A stretch of 61,476 bases of DNA, filler included, from Chloroflexota bacterium (GTDB lineage Bacteria > Chloroflexota > Chloroflexia > QHBQ01): NCBI GenBank assembly GCA_043754535.1. It is 4 parts of 4 records of this genome, joined end to end, with 100 filler letters (N's around TTAATTAATTAA, not from the genome) between each part and the next. Parts side by side here need not be neighbours in the genome. Positions count along the whole stretch, not along the records: positions 31,373 to 46,466 come from JAYUUN010000038.1; positions 46,567 to 61,476 come from JAYUUN010000042.1; 2 more parts are not named here. One strand, written 5' to 3'. A program made the position numbers and the translations under genes. Positions 38,660-49,500 of the stretch are shown here, one piece after another. The notes under the pieces are model-generated. The model had not been told where the DNA came from. It saw nothing but the letters and a program-made list of their open reading frames with translations, and ran no database searches. The stretch's first letter is position 1. Each line of letters starts with the position of its first letter.

Positions 38660-39493
38660 ATGGAGATGAATGAGATCAGCCAGCGGGCAGAGCAGTTTCT
38701 TGAGCGGCACGGGCGCGCTATCGACCGCGCTCGCTTCGCCTACCACTTTGCGGCAGGTAGCCTTGAGCAGCTAGCCAGCGCACTAGCCCCCTATCAAAAC
38801 GAAGATGGTGGTTGGCATGGGCTGGAAGTGGATATCGAGACCCCAGCCAGCAACCCCTTTGCCACCGAACTGGCTCTCAGCATCTGCTTGCAAGCCAAGC
38901 TGCCCCGTGACCACGAGCTATTGCAACGCACCGTCAGCTACCTGGAAGCAAACCAGCAGGCAGACGGCGGCTGGCAGTTCGCGCCAGCGGTCTACCAACA
39001 CGAACTTGCCCCCTGGTTTGCGCACTGGCAGTTCCCCAATCTCAACCCCAGCTGCACCACTGCGGGGCTGCTCAGGCAACTGGGCCTCGGCTCAGAAGCC
39101 TTGCACGCGAAGGTGGAAGCTCTATTCCAGCAACTAGCCAACCCACTCGATCTGGCAGGCGAAGACTTCTATCTGGCCCGCCCCTACGCCTACTACTTCA
39201 TCACCGACTGGCAACACCCCCAGCGCGACTTCTACCGGGCTGGAGTGTACTGGTGGCTGCTGCGCCAGCACCTGGCTGGCAAGCTCGATGGCGAACACTT
39301 CTTTGCCTACATGAATACGCCCGAACACTATGCCGCAAGGATGATGCCAGCTAGCGTAATTGGCGAACACCTGGATCAGCTAGTAGCAGAGCAGGCAGAG
39401 GACGGTGGCTGGCCTAGCCCCTATAACCAGGCCTGGCGACCCTGGACAACTACACAGAACTTGCTCACCCTCAAGGCGTTTGGCAGGATTTGA
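38660..39493 (+). CDS. Prenyltransferase/squalene-cyclase-repeat alpha-alpha barrel protein of unknown function
   Basis: QNEDGGW, QQADGGW, QAEDGGW repeats. Confidence 0.7.
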   Translation: MEMNEISQRAEQFLERHGRAIDRARFAYHFAAGSLEQLASALAPYQNEDGGWHGLEVDIETPASNPFATELALSICLQAKLPRDHELLQRTVSYLEANQQADGGWQFAPAVYQHELAPWFAHWQFPNLNPSCTTAGLLRQLGLGSEALHAKVEALFQQLANPLDLAGEDFYLARPYAYYFITDWQHPQRDFYRAGVYWWLLRQHLAGKLDGEHFFAYMNTPEHYAARMMPASVIGEHLDQLVAEQAEDGGWPSPYNQAWRPWTTTQNLLTLKAFGRI

Positions 39494-39530
39494 GCAGTCG
39501 TTGTGCTTGATAGACCTGAAAGAGGACACT

Positions 39531-40514
39531 ATGTACAGCGAACAGGGCAGCCTTAACCCCCTTGCACCCTACGACTTTGCGCAGTCTATGGAGTTCCTCA
39601 GCCGCTTCAGCCCAATGCGCGAGGAGCAGGTGATCACCAGCACCAAGCTGGTCAAGGCAGTGATGGTCGCAGGGCAGCCTGTCCTTTTCCGCCTGACCGA
39701 CGCGGGCAGCATCTGGCAGCCAGCGATTGGCTACGAACTATTCACCGACGAGCCGCTGGGCGCGGCAATGGTGGCGGCGGCTGTAGATCGCATCCGCTTC
39801 TTCCTCAGCCTGGACGACGACCTCAACCCTTTCTACAAGATCGGCGAGCAGGACGCACCGTTTGCGCCGCTGATCCAGAAGCTATACGGCTACCACCAGG
39901 TCAAGTTCCTCACTCCCTTCGAGAACGCGGCCTGGGCGATCCTCACCCAACGCAGCCATGCCCCCGTCGCCAACAAGAAGAAGCAGCAAATCATGGCCGA
40001 ACTGGGTGGCAAGATCGAGTTTCATGGGCGCAGCTTCGTCACCTTCCCAGAGGCGGGGCGGCTGGCGGCGGTCAACGTCGGCGACCTGGCTGCCCTGATT
40101 GCCCACGCGCAGAAGGCCGAGTACATCTCTGCGGCTGCCCTCGCCTTCAAGGACGTGAACGAGCAGTGGTTGCGCGGGGGCGACTACGACGAGGTAGAGG
40201 GCTGGCTGCGGGCGATCAAGGGCATCGGCGACTGGTCGGCCTCCTTCATCCTGCTACGTGGCCTGGGCCGTATGGAACGCACCCCCGTCGTCGAGAACCG
40301 TTTCATCGAAGCGGCAGCCCACCGCTACGCCCCCAACGGTGGCACCCTGGATCGCGATCAGGTGGCCTGGTTGGCGCGACGCTACGGCGACTACCAGGGC
40401 TACTGGGCGCACTACATCCGTGCAGCAGCCGACGATATGCCCCCCCACCGCAAGCGCGCCGCCAGCCTCACCGCCTTGTTCGACAACGAGCAAGCAGCGC
40501 AAGATGTGCTATAA
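39531..40514 (+). CDS. alkA: DNA-3-methyladenine glycosylase II (AlkA family)
   Basis: PFENAAWAILTQ, TFP, LRAIKGIGDWSA HhH motif, YGDYQGYWAHY; ATG 39531 with GAGG RBS. Confidence 0.88.
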   Translation: MYSEQGSLNPLAPYDFAQSMEFLSRFSPMREEQVITSTKLVKAVMVAGQPVLFRLTDAGSIWQPAIGYELFTDEPLGAAMVAAAVDRIRFFLSLDDDLNPFYKIGEQDAPFAPLIQKLYGYHQVKFLTPFENAAWAILTQRSHAPVANKKKQQIMAELGGKIEFHGRSFVTFPEAGRLAAVNVGDLAALIAHAQKAEYISAAALAFKDVNEQWLRGGDYDEVEGWLRAIKGIGDWSASFILLRGLGRMERTPVVENRFIEAAAHRYAPNGGTLDRDQVAWLARRYGDYQGYWAHYIRAAADDMPPHRKRAASLTALFDNEQAAQDVL

Positions 40515-40548
40515 TACTGCGCTAGAAAGGTTAGCGCAGGAGGCGTGT

Positions 40549-42534
40549 TTGCCAAACAGAAGCAGATGGTGGCTGGGGCTGGGCCTGCTGGTCTACGGCA
40601 GCGTTGGTGCAATGGTAGAGTTGCGCCTGCTGCCCCTGCTGCTAAAGGCAGGCGCACTCTGGCTTGGTGGCAACCCCGCCAGCCCCCACGCCAACCTACC
40701 CTTGTTCGCTCCCTTCGAGTTTCACTACGATGCCCGCCCCTGGCTGCCCTGGCTAGCCCTGTTGCTCGCTTTCTGGAGCCTGGACGGTGCAGTAGGAGGG
40801 GCTGGTAGGGGTGATCAGCTAGTAGCTGAGGGGGGCAGCTTGGCAACCGCCGCTGTCAGCAGCCCCGCCCGCAAGCGGTGGATCGTGACGCTGGTTGTCA
40901 TCTTGCTGATCGTCGGGCTGGGCGCGTATACGCGGCTGAACGTGTTGTTGCCGCAGAGTGCTGGGCTGATCGAGTACCCCTACGACGACGAGGGGGTTTA
41001 CGCCGAGGCTTCCCAGTTGTCGCTGCAAGGGATCATCCCCTACCGGGACTACTTCTTTGCCCACCCACCCCTGGCCGCCTTCGTCTACGCCCCCGCCTTC
41101 GCCTACCACTTCACCGCCTGGGGCAGCCCCACCAGCTTCGTGCTGGGCCGCTACCTGAGCGTGATCTACAGCCTGATCACCGGCCTCATCCTGCTGGCCC
41201 TGGCCGCACAGGTCAGTGGTCGCTGGTGGGTGGGGGCAGGGGCGGCGGCGGTTTGGATGCTAGACGGCCAGATCACCGAGATCAACCGCAAGATCATGCT
41301 CGATCAGCCGATGGTGCTACTCTCTGCTGGGGCGTTGCTGCTCTACCTGCTGGCAATGCAGAGTGTGCGCCGTCCGCGCCTGCTGTTCTTCCTGGCCGGG
41401 GTGGTGGTGGGCATGGCCGCCCTGACCAAGATTGCAGGGCTGGCGGCGGCTCTTGCGCTGTTCAGCCACGCAGCGATCACCTGGATCGGCAACCGCAATC
41501 CTCCCCCCGCCCCCCCCCACATGGGGAGCGGGAGCCGAATGGGGTGGCTGACAGCGGGGTTCACAACCATGCTAGTGCTGATCGTTGGGCCGTTCCTGCT
41601 GCTTGCGCCAGGCCAGATCGTGCGCGAGGTGTTCTTCTTTCAACTGCTGCGGCCTGGCGACGGCACCGACGCGGTAGGCCAGCGCATGACCCTGATCACT
41701 GGCGGCCAACTGCCCGATGGCACCCTCAGCCCCTTGCTCAACCAGAACCCACTGACCCTGATCCTGGCGACGCTGGGGGTGCTGGCTTTGGCGCGGCACG
41801 TGTTGCGCGGCGGGCGGCTAGGCGGCTGGGCGGTGGTTTTGCTCTGGAACGTCTGCAACTTCGCCCTGTTCACCTACAGCCGCTCGTTCTATACTCATTA
41901 CTACATCCAGATCGCCGCACCACTCTGCCTCTTGGCGGGAGCTAGCCTACTCTGGTTCGACGGCTTTGACCGCCTGTGGACAAGCTGGCGGGCAGCAGGT
42001 AGCCGTGTATCATTTGTAGCGGGTGGCATAGTTGTTGCGATTGTGCTATTTGCAACCCCCCTGCTGCTTGCCCAATGGCGAACGATGACGCAGGCGCGGC
42101 CAGACGCAGTGTTCGAGGTGGTGGGCCGCTATGTGGACAACGCGGTGCCGCCGGGTACTGCCGCCCTCACTCTAGATGTTCAGTTCAACTTCATGGCCGC
42201 CCGCCCGCCCAGCTATCGGCCAGAGAGCGGCTACCTGGTGGACAGCTACGGCCACATGATCTATCTAGGCCTCGATCTCGCTGGGCGCAGCCTGAGCGAC
42301 CTGCTGGCGGGTGTGCTGCACGACCCGCGCACTAGCGACCCCTACCCAATCATGTGGCGCGACCAACCCCAACGTGACTACCTGGCCCGCCTGGGCGACA
42401 GCCAAATCGTCGTCCTCCACGATGTTGGTGAGGGCCGCCTGCGCGCGGACACGCGGGCGCAGGTAGAGGCAGCGGGCAAGCTGGTTTCGCCACCCTCGAA
42501 AAAGTACGCGATCTACCGTATCAGTGCTAGATAA
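40549..42534 (+). CDS. ArnT/PMT-like GT-C membrane glycosyltransferase
   Basis: DDEGVY, PYRDYFFAHPPL, LTK, FYTHYY; TTG 40549 after AGGAGG (ORF-track start overlaps alkA). Confidence 0.8.
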   Translation: MPNRSRWWLGLGLLVYGSVGAMVELRLLPLLLKAGALWLGGNPASPHANLPLFAPFEFHYDARPWLPWLALLLAFWSLDGAVGGAGRGDQLVAEGGSLATAAVSSPARKRWIVTLVVILLIVGLGAYTRLNVLLPQSAGLIEYPYDDEGVYAEASQLSLQGIIPYRDYFFAHPPLAAFVYAPAFAYHFTAWGSPTSFVLGRYLSVIYSLITGLILLALAAQVSGRWWVGAGAAAVWMLDGQITEINRKIMLDQPMVLLSAGALLLYLLAMQSVRRPRLLFFLAGVVVGMAALTKIAGLAAALALFSHAAITWIGNRNPPPAPPHMGSGSRMGWLTAGFTTMLVLIVGPFLLLAPGQIVREVFFFQLLRPGDGTDAVGQRMTLITGGQLPDGTLSPLLNQNPLTLILATLGVLALARHVLRGGRLGGWAVVLLWNVCNFALFTYSRSFYTHYYIQIAAPLCLLAGASLLWFDGFDRLWTSWRAAGSRVSFVAGGIVVAIVLFATPLLLAQWRTMTQARPDAVFEVVGRYVDNAVPPGTAALTLDVQFNFMAARPPSYRPESGYLVDSYGHMIYLGLDLAGRSLSDLLAGVLHDPRTSDPYPIMWRDQPQRDYLARLGDSQIVVLHDVGEGRLRADTRAQVEAAGKLVSPPSKKYAIYRISAR

Positions 42535-42550
42535 GTAAGGAGCAACGTAG

Positions 42551-43801
42551 TTGATTGTAGAGATGGAACAGCCGATCACCAGCGGCATAGTGCTACCCCC
42601 TGGTGCTGTGATGCCCGACTACTTTGGTGGCGGCACCAACAATCTGACCCAAAGCATCATGCGCCACTTTGGGGCAGCCAACCAGGACGAGCCGGGCTTG
42701 CGCCCTGACCTGCTACCGCCCGCCCTGCTTGAAGGGGTGCAGACGATCATCCTGCTGATCGTGGACGGTCTCGGCTACCTGCAACTACGCGAACAGATGG
42801 CGGCAGGCAACGTGCCGCAGTTGGCGGCGGCGGTGGAGCGGGGCAACCTCGCGGCGATCACCACCACCGCTCCTTCGATGACTGCCTGCGCCCTTACCAC
42901 CTTGCACACCGGCGCAACCCCCGCCCAGCACGGTATGCTTGGCTGGAACCTCTACCTGCCAGAAGGCGATCAAGTCTTCGATATGCTCAAGTATGCCCCA
43001 GCAGACCGCAGCAAGACGGAGCTACCGATCCTACCTACCCTCTTTACCGCAGTGCCAACCGTGTACGAGCGGTTGCGGGCAGTGGGGGTCAGCGTCAGCA
43101 TGGTCAACAACTACATCTTCCAGGGTACAGGCTTCAGCGGTGTACTCTACGCCGGGGTAGAAGACCACTACATCACCTACGCCTACGCCTCTGATCTCTG
43201 CGTGAACCTGCGGCGGGCGGTAGAACAGGCTCAGGGGCCGACGATGATCACCAGCTATTGGCCTGCCTTCGACACCGTTTCGCACGGCTATGGCAGCCGC
43301 AGCGCACAAGCCGCCGCCGAGATCGCCGCCTTCGACTTCCAGCTTGGCCGCGAACTGCTGGCTGTCGTGCGGCGGCCCGACACCCTGCTGATCCTCACCG
43401 CAGATCATGGACAGATCGACTTGAGCAAGGAACACACGATCAAGATCAACGGGGCTGCCTGGCTTGACCTGCTGCACACCCAGCCAGCGGGCGACCGCCG
43501 CACCCTCTACCTGCACGCGAAGAAAGGCTGCCGCGACGAACTGATTAGCGAACTACACCAGCATTACGGCGCATTTAGTACGATCCTCAGCCGCGAACAG
43601 TTCATCGCCAGCGGCCTCCTTGGCGGCACGCCCAGCCCCGCCCACATCGAGCGCGTTGGTGATGTGGTGGTGCTGATGCACGATAATTGGGAGTTGCGCT
43701 TCGACTATAACGACGAGCAACGCAAAACTAACTTCGTGGGGATGCACGGCGGTCTCAGCCCCAGCGAGATGTACTCTACCTGTCTGGCAGTGCGCCTGTG
43801 A
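42551..43801 (+). CDS. Alkaline phosphatase superfamily nucleotide pyrophosphatase/phosphodiesterase
   Basis: LIVDGLG, PSMT, DTVSHGYG, TADHG, GMHGGLS. Confidence 0.92.
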   Translation: MIVEMEQPITSGIVLPPGAVMPDYFGGGTNNLTQSIMRHFGAANQDEPGLRPDLLPPALLEGVQTIILLIVDGLGYLQLREQMAAGNVPQLAAAVERGNLAAITTTAPSMTACALTTLHTGATPAQHGMLGWNLYLPEGDQVFDMLKYAPADRSKTELPILPTLFTAVPTVYERLRAVGVSVSMVNNYIFQGTGFSGVLYAGVEDHYITYAYASDLCVNLRRAVEQAQGPTMITSYWPAFDTVSHGYGSRSAQAAAEIAAFDFQLGRELLAVVRRPDTLLILTADHGQIDLSKEHTIKINGAAWLDLLHTQPAGDRRTLYLHAKKGCRDELISELHQHYGAFSTILSREQFIASGLLGGTPSPAHIERVGDVVVLMHDNWELRFDYNDEQRKTNFVGMHGGLSPSEMYSTCLAVRL

Positions 43802-44454
43802 AGGGAGCGATCATGCAGATCGAGGCGGCGATCTTCGACATGGATGGGCTGATGATCGACAGTGAGCCACTGCAATGGCAGGCGGTCAATGCCACCCTCG
43901 CGCCCTATGGTCTGGCGTTGGATGAGGCTACGTGGGTGCAGTGGGTGGGGCGGCGGGCCAGCGACAGCTTCGCTGCACTGAAGGCCACTCACCCTACCTT
44001 GCCCGATGTAGCCGAACTGCTGGAGCGCAAGAACGCAGAATACCGCCAACGCATCCCCCTCGTTCCTGCCATGCCAGGGCTGCAATATGCAATCGAGCAT
44101 TGTCGGGCAGCGGGTCTGAAGCTAGCCCTCGCTTCCTCATCGGTGCGCAGCGACATCAATCTGGTGCTGACGACGCTAGGTCTGAGCGGCGTGTTCGCGG
44201 TGGTTGTCTCTGGCGAAGATGTGGTTCGCAGCAAGCCCGACCCTGCCATCTTCCTGTTGGCTGCCGAGCGGCTGGCGGTGCTAGCCAGCCGCTGCCTGGT
44301 GTTCGAGGACACCAACTATGGGCTGACGGCAGCGAAGGCGGCGGGGATGTACGCCATCGCGGTACCCGGCTACTTCACCCGGCAACAGGACTTTAGCCAG
44401 GCAGATCGCATCCTGAGCAGCCTTGCCGACTTCGATCTGGGGCGGCTGGGCTAG
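43798..44454 (+). CDS. HAD-family phosphatase (beta-PGM/CbbY-like)
   Basis: FDMDGLMIDSE, KPDPAIF, VFED. Confidence 0.93.
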   Translation: MKGAIMQIEAAIFDMDGLMIDSEPLQWQAVNATLAPYGLALDEATWVQWVGRRASDSFAALKATHPTLPDVAELLERKNAEYRQRIPLVPAMPGLQYAIEHCRAAGLKLALASSSVRSDINLVLTTLGLSGVFAVVVSGEDVVRSKPDPAIFLLAAERLAVLASRCLVFEDTNYGLTAAKAAGMYAIAVPGYFTRQQDFSQADRILSSLADFDLGRLG

Positions 44455-44581
44455 CGGGCGTACTGGGGCAGCTAGCAGAGCAGCAAAGCCTTGTGCTACT
44501 AGTAGGGCTGTTGCCAAATCTGGCAAATTGTGCTAATCTGGACATAACATTTAGTTGGTCGCATAGACGAGGGGAAGTGGT

Positions 44582-46447
44582 ATGAGCAGCGAAGATATTT
44601 ACAGCTACATAGAAGAAAACATTGACCGCTATGTGGCCCTACTAGAGCGGCTCTGCCTGGTGCCGCCGGTGCCAAGTGGCGGCCTCGCCCTGCTGGCCCC
44701 GATCATCGAGGAGGCAATCCGCTGCGGGATGCATACGACCCTCTACCCGGCGGGCAAGGGACTGCCCCTGCTCTACGCTGCGATCTCGCCACCAGCAGAG
44801 TCAGTCGCCCCCACCCAGATCAACGGTAGGCTGAACGGCACTACCCTGGAGTCGCTCGGCTTTGAGCGCGCCCTGGCAGTGGTGGGGGAGAAGCCAACCC
44901 TGCTCCTCTACCATGAATGCGACCTGGAGTCGCCCGCGCCGCCAAAGCTGGATGAGGGACTGGTGGCTGCCGCCTTCGCCGACCGCGCTAGCCTCGCTGC
45001 TCGCCTCGCTGCAATCGATGCGATCACCAACGTGCGTGGCGGTCTGCCAGTGCAGATCAAGCTGCTGGTAGACGCAAGTGGCGTGGCCGAGAGTGCCGAC
45101 GCGCCCGGTGAACCGGCCCTGGTCTCCTTCGTCGAACGCTATGCTGATGGGCTAGCTGCGGATGCTTGCCTGTGGGATGTGGGCAAGCTAGGGCTGCTGG
45201 GTGGCCGCACCTACGCGGGTGAACCTGTTGTCTATTGTGGAGTGAAGGGCCGCCTGGCAGTAGAATTGGCGGCAGAGGGGGCCAACCAGGATGCGCCTGC
45301 TGCACTCGCCACCAGCGTGCCGAACCCAGCCTGGCGACTGATCTGGGCCTTGAACTCGATCAAGAACGACTCGGAGGAGATACTGATCGACGGCTTCTAC
45401 GACGACATGAACCCACCCAGCAGTGAGCAGAACAAGGTGCTACGCCAGTGGATCAAGCAGAACGCCGCGGCAGTGCAGGCTAGCGACGAGGCCACGCTCA
45501 AGAAGCTGGGGATCAGCAGCTACCTGCTCGGCCTCAGCGGCTTCCAACTGCGCCTGACCGACTACTATTCGCCCTCAATCAGCGTGACCACCCTAGAAGT
45601 GGAGGGTAGTGGTATCCCCTGTCGGGCGCAGGCGCGCATCGAGTTCGGCCTGGTACCAGACCAGACTCCCAGCGCAATCCTGGCTGCCCTACGCGAACAC
45701 CTCAGCAGCGGCAACTTCGCTGACATTACCGTGCGCCCACGTGGTGTCGCCCTGCGCCCAGCCACCACCGACTTGAGCCACCCCTTTACTGCCCTGGTAA
45801 CGAAGGTCACAGCGGAGGCTTACGGCGAAGCGGCCACCGCCATCCCAGTCGCTCCGATCAGCGGGCCGATCTCGCCACTGGTAGAGAAGCTAGCCCTGCC
45901 CGCCATCGGTATCGGCATTGGGCCACAACCCCTGCTGCGCCGCAGTGCCGCCAGTGTTCCCCTCAGCCGCAGCGACTTTGTGGCTGCGATCAAGCAGGTG
46001 GCGGGGATTATGGACGAGGTTGGCAAGTTGGGCAGTGCTGCCAGTTGGGGGGCGCAGGCTCGCCAGAAGCTGGTCAATAGCAGCGGCTCAGTCTGGCAGG
46101 AGGTGAAGATCGCCGCCATCCCAGTCACGCCAACCGCGATTGACATGGACAACATCGAGGGGATGCCCGACTTTAGCGACGAGGAGATTCGGGCCGTGAT
46201 GGGCGGTGACGACTCCGCGCCAGCCGCACGGGTGCCAGCAGCCCCCGACCGCCAGCCACGAGCCACTGCGATCACCCAGACGATCAGTATCCCTGCTCCG
46301 CCGCCCACTCCAGCAGCCAGCAACGGCAGCCATGCGGTCGAGGCGGTGGACGAAGCGGTAGCAGCCCTGATCGCCGCTAGTGGTGAGCAACCGAAGCCAG
46401 CCCCCAGGCGTGGTGGTCGCAAGACGGGGCCGCTGAACAGCGAGTAG
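44582..46447 (+). CDS. M20-family peptidase homologue with degenerate active site
   Basis: GVKG, NPAWRLIWALNSIK...ILIDGFYDD, IPCRAQARIEFGLVPDQTP fit M20 dipeptidase fold; metal ligands not recognisable. Confidence 0.75.
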   Translation: MSSEDIYSYIEENIDRYVALLERLCLVPPVPSGGLALLAPIIEEAIRCGMHTTLYPAGKGLPLLYAAISPPAESVAPTQINGRLNGTTLESLGFERALAVVGEKPTLLLYHECDLESPAPPKLDEGLVAAAFADRASLAARLAAIDAITNVRGGLPVQIKLLVDASGVAESADAPGEPALVSFVERYADGLAADACLWDVGKLGLLGGRTYAGEPVVYCGVKGRLAVELAAEGANQDAPAALATSVPNPAWRLIWALNSIKNDSEEILIDGFYDDMNPPSSEQNKVLRQWIKQNAAAVQASDEATLKKLGISSYLLGLSGFQLRLTDYYSPSISVTTLEVEGSGIPCRAQARIEFGLVPDQTPSAILAALREHLSSGNFADITVRPRGVALRPATTDLSHPFTALVTKVTAEAYGEAATAIPVAPISGPISPLVEKLALPAIGIGIGPQPLLRRSAASVPLSRSDFVAAIKQVAGIMDEVGKLGSAASWGAQARQKLVNSSGSVWQEVKIAAIPVTPTAIDMDNIEGMPDFSDEEIRAVMGGDDSAPAARVPAAPDRQPRATAITQTISIPAPPPTPAASNGSHAVEAVDEAVAALIAASGEQPKPAPRRGGRKTGPLNSE

Positions 46448-46466
46448 CAGCCAGGCCGTAAGCCCC

Positions 46467-46566
46467 NNNNNNNNNNNNNNNNNNNNNNNNNNNNNNNNNN
46501 NNNNNNNNNNTTAATTAATTAANNNNNNNNNNNNNNNNNNNNNNNNNNNNNNNNNNNNNNNNNNNN
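46467..46566. other. Artificial contig linker
   Basis: N-TTAATTAATTAA-N, 100 bp. Confidence 0.98.
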
Positions 46567-49500
46567 GCGATCTTGGCAAACTCACCACGCTTGGTGCTGT
46601 CGTTGGGGCGGAACAGGCCGTTCGCGCCGTTAACGATGTTGCGGCAAGCCAGGAACTGGATGTCGCCGTAGAAGATGTTGGTGGTCGGCACGTCGCTGAA
46701 GCTGATCGAGCAGGCGGTGGCAGTCGCCGTTGGCGTGCCAGTCGTGCCAGTCAGGGTGCTGCTGGCGGTCGGGCTAACCACTACTGTGCTGGTCGGGCTA
46801 ACCACTACTGTGCTGGTTGGGCTAACCACTACTGTGCTGGTTGGGGTCGCAGTGGCACTAGGTGCCGGGCCAGTCGGGGTGGCACTGGGTGCTGGGCCTG
46901 TAGCGGTCGCCGTCGCAGTGCTGCCTGCGGTCAGGGTGGGGAGCGGGGTGGAAGTCGGGCCGCTGGTGACGGTTGGCACCGGGGTCAGGTTGATCGCGCC
47001 ACTGGGTAGCGGCCAGGCATAGGCACCACGCCCGCGGGTGAACAGGGCGAGGGTGGTGAAGCCGCGGTCAATCGCCATGTCCCAGATCATCACATTGGGC
47101 AGGCCCGCGTTGAAGCGGAGCCAGGTGGGGGTAGCTGCGTCAATGTTGTTGGTGTAGTAGAGGCCCCAGTCAGTGCCAACGAAGACCTGCTGGCGGAAGT
47201 TGGGGTTGGCGATCACGCTGTCTGCCGGGATGTTTGGCAGGTTGCCGCTCTTGTCCACCCAGGTGAAGGTGGCGCAGCTTGCCGTGCAAGTAACCTGGAA
47301 CAGGTGGCCTGGTGTGCCAGGGGTGTTCTGGCTGAAGCCGCCGATAGCCGCATAGCCGATGGTCGGGGTGAGCGGGTCGGTAGCAACGTCGAGGATCGGG
47401 CGGTTGGGCAGCGTGCTGTTGCCGCCGGTGACGTTGACCCAGTTGGCAGAATTAGCCGTCCCCTGACCGAGACCGAAGCCATACCACACGTTGCCGTCGT
47501 TGGTGCCAGCGATGCCCGTGGTCGAGATGCTAACTGCGTAGCTGAGTTGGTTGATAAACGAGCGGTCGGCCAGGGTGCCTTTGGTCAGGTCGGGGCTGTT
47601 GGCGTACCAACTGCTGGCCGGGACGGCTCCGAGGATCGTCTCCCACACCCGATAGCTGGCCGCCACCATGTGGGTGCAGCCGCTGGCTGGGCAGTCGTAC
47701 TTGTAGATTTCGTAGGGCATGACGAAGCTGAGGCGTGGGCTGTCGCCAGTCCAGCCGCCAGTGGCGTTAGCCAGCGCACCGTTCGGGCCGGTGGTGGAGA
47801 CGGCAAGGTTGCCGTTCTGACTCTCCTGATACCAACGCTGGTTCAGCACCGGCTCGATGCGGGCGTACATACCGTCGCCGCCCTTGCGTAGCTGCCACAT
47901 GGCTGGGCCTTGCGTCTGCCCACTCCAGACATAGACCGAGGAGCCGTTGTCTTGCGCGCCTGCGTTCGCGCCGGGGCTGGCCGAGGTAGCGAAGTTGCCC
48001 GTAATATCGCCAGAGTAGAACTCAATGGCGTTCATCGTGTCGTTCAGTTGGCTGAAGGCGGGATTGGCAGCATCAGCGTTGTTGGTCACGTAGATGCCGC
48101 CGTCGTTGCCCGCCAGCAGCGTGCTGGACGAACCGGGGACGAAGGCAAGGGCGTGCTGGTCAACGTGGACTGTATTACCACCAGCATAGCCGCAGGTGAG
48201 GTCAACGAAGGTGGTGCCGCCGTCGGTGGACTTGAAGATGTCGAAGGTGTCGAGGTAGACCACATCAGGGTTGTTGGGGTCAACCGCCATGCCCTGGTCG
48301 TACCAGTTCTGGCCGTAGTCGCCTGCGCAGCCGGTCAGCCCGGTGACATTGGAGCGTTGCGTCCAGGTGCTGCCACCGTCGGTCGTGCGCCAGACACCGA
48401 GTTGGCCGCCGCGCTGCTGGCCGTTGATCGGCTGGATCGCCTGCACCTGAGCGTAGATCACCTGGGAGTTGCTGGGGGCTATCGCCAGGTCAATGCGGCC
48501 CAGTACGTCGCCACCCTGGTAGACTGGCGTACCACTGCCAGTGCCAGCGGGCCAACCGTTGCTGGCGGTGCTGCTGAGCGACCAGTTGGTGGGGCAACCG
48601 CTGCTGGGCATAGTCGCCTTGTAGATGCCGTTCGCGCCGTTCTCTGCCAGGTTGACCTGCACGGTAGTGCTGAAGCCGCGTGCGCCAACCGCCACGTAGA
48701 TGTCGGTGCTGCTGCCGTTGTTGCTGAGGATCAGGCCGGTGCTGTCCTGCCGTTGGGTGGAGAAGTTGTTGGTGTAGCAGGGGCCAGCCCAACTGTTACC
48801 CGTGTCGTAAGAGAAGTAGACCCCGTTCTTGGTGCCAGCCACCACGTTGTTGCTGTTACGTGGGTCAACCCGCACCTTGCCAATCGCATTATACTGCGGG
48901 AACACGCCCGCTGGCAGTGGGTAGGTGGCGGTGAAGACGCTGGTACCCATCAACGACCAGCTAGCCCCCGCATTGCCGCTCTTGAGTACGCCCGCCGTCC
49001 CCATCGAGAAGGAGCCGAAGTTGAGGTCGCCAGTGCCAGCATAGACCACGTTGTGGTTGTTCGGGTCAATCGTCACGTCATCCACCGCGAGGCTGGTGAT
49101 CAGCGGATCGTCGGTGCTGGCAGTCCAGGTGGTGGTGATCGCGCAGCAGTTGCTCGTCTTCCAGATACCGCCGCCCACCGCCGCGATGTAGGCGGTAGTG
49201 GGGTCTATCGGGTCAATTGCGATGCTGTTGACCCGCCCACTGACCTTGCCATAGCTGTAGCAGCCAGAGCAGCCATTGGATTGTAGCGGTTTGGGGCCGA
49301 GTGAGGTGAAGGCGTTGGGGTCGAGGCCAAGTGGCGAACTGCTATTCGCCTTGTTGTAGACGACCTTGCCCGCAGGCACCGCCCGCTCAATCAGGCTATC
49401 CTGACGGGCGGCCTGTACTACCCAGTCGGTCTGGAAGTTGCCGGTGGGGTAGCGCAGGCGATCCTGCCAGTAGCCCTCCATCTCGTGGAGCATCTCGTAC

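Noticed and set aside
38660..39493. Class II terpene cyclase partnering the terpene synthase at 20040
   Set aside because: No DxDD motif, too short, and on a different contig piece
47910..49286. Long antisense/alternate-frame ORFs (also 3121-4236, 40878-41945, 54952-55980, 57775-58896)
   Set aside because: Shadows of real genes expected in GC-rich DNA; no motifs or RBS
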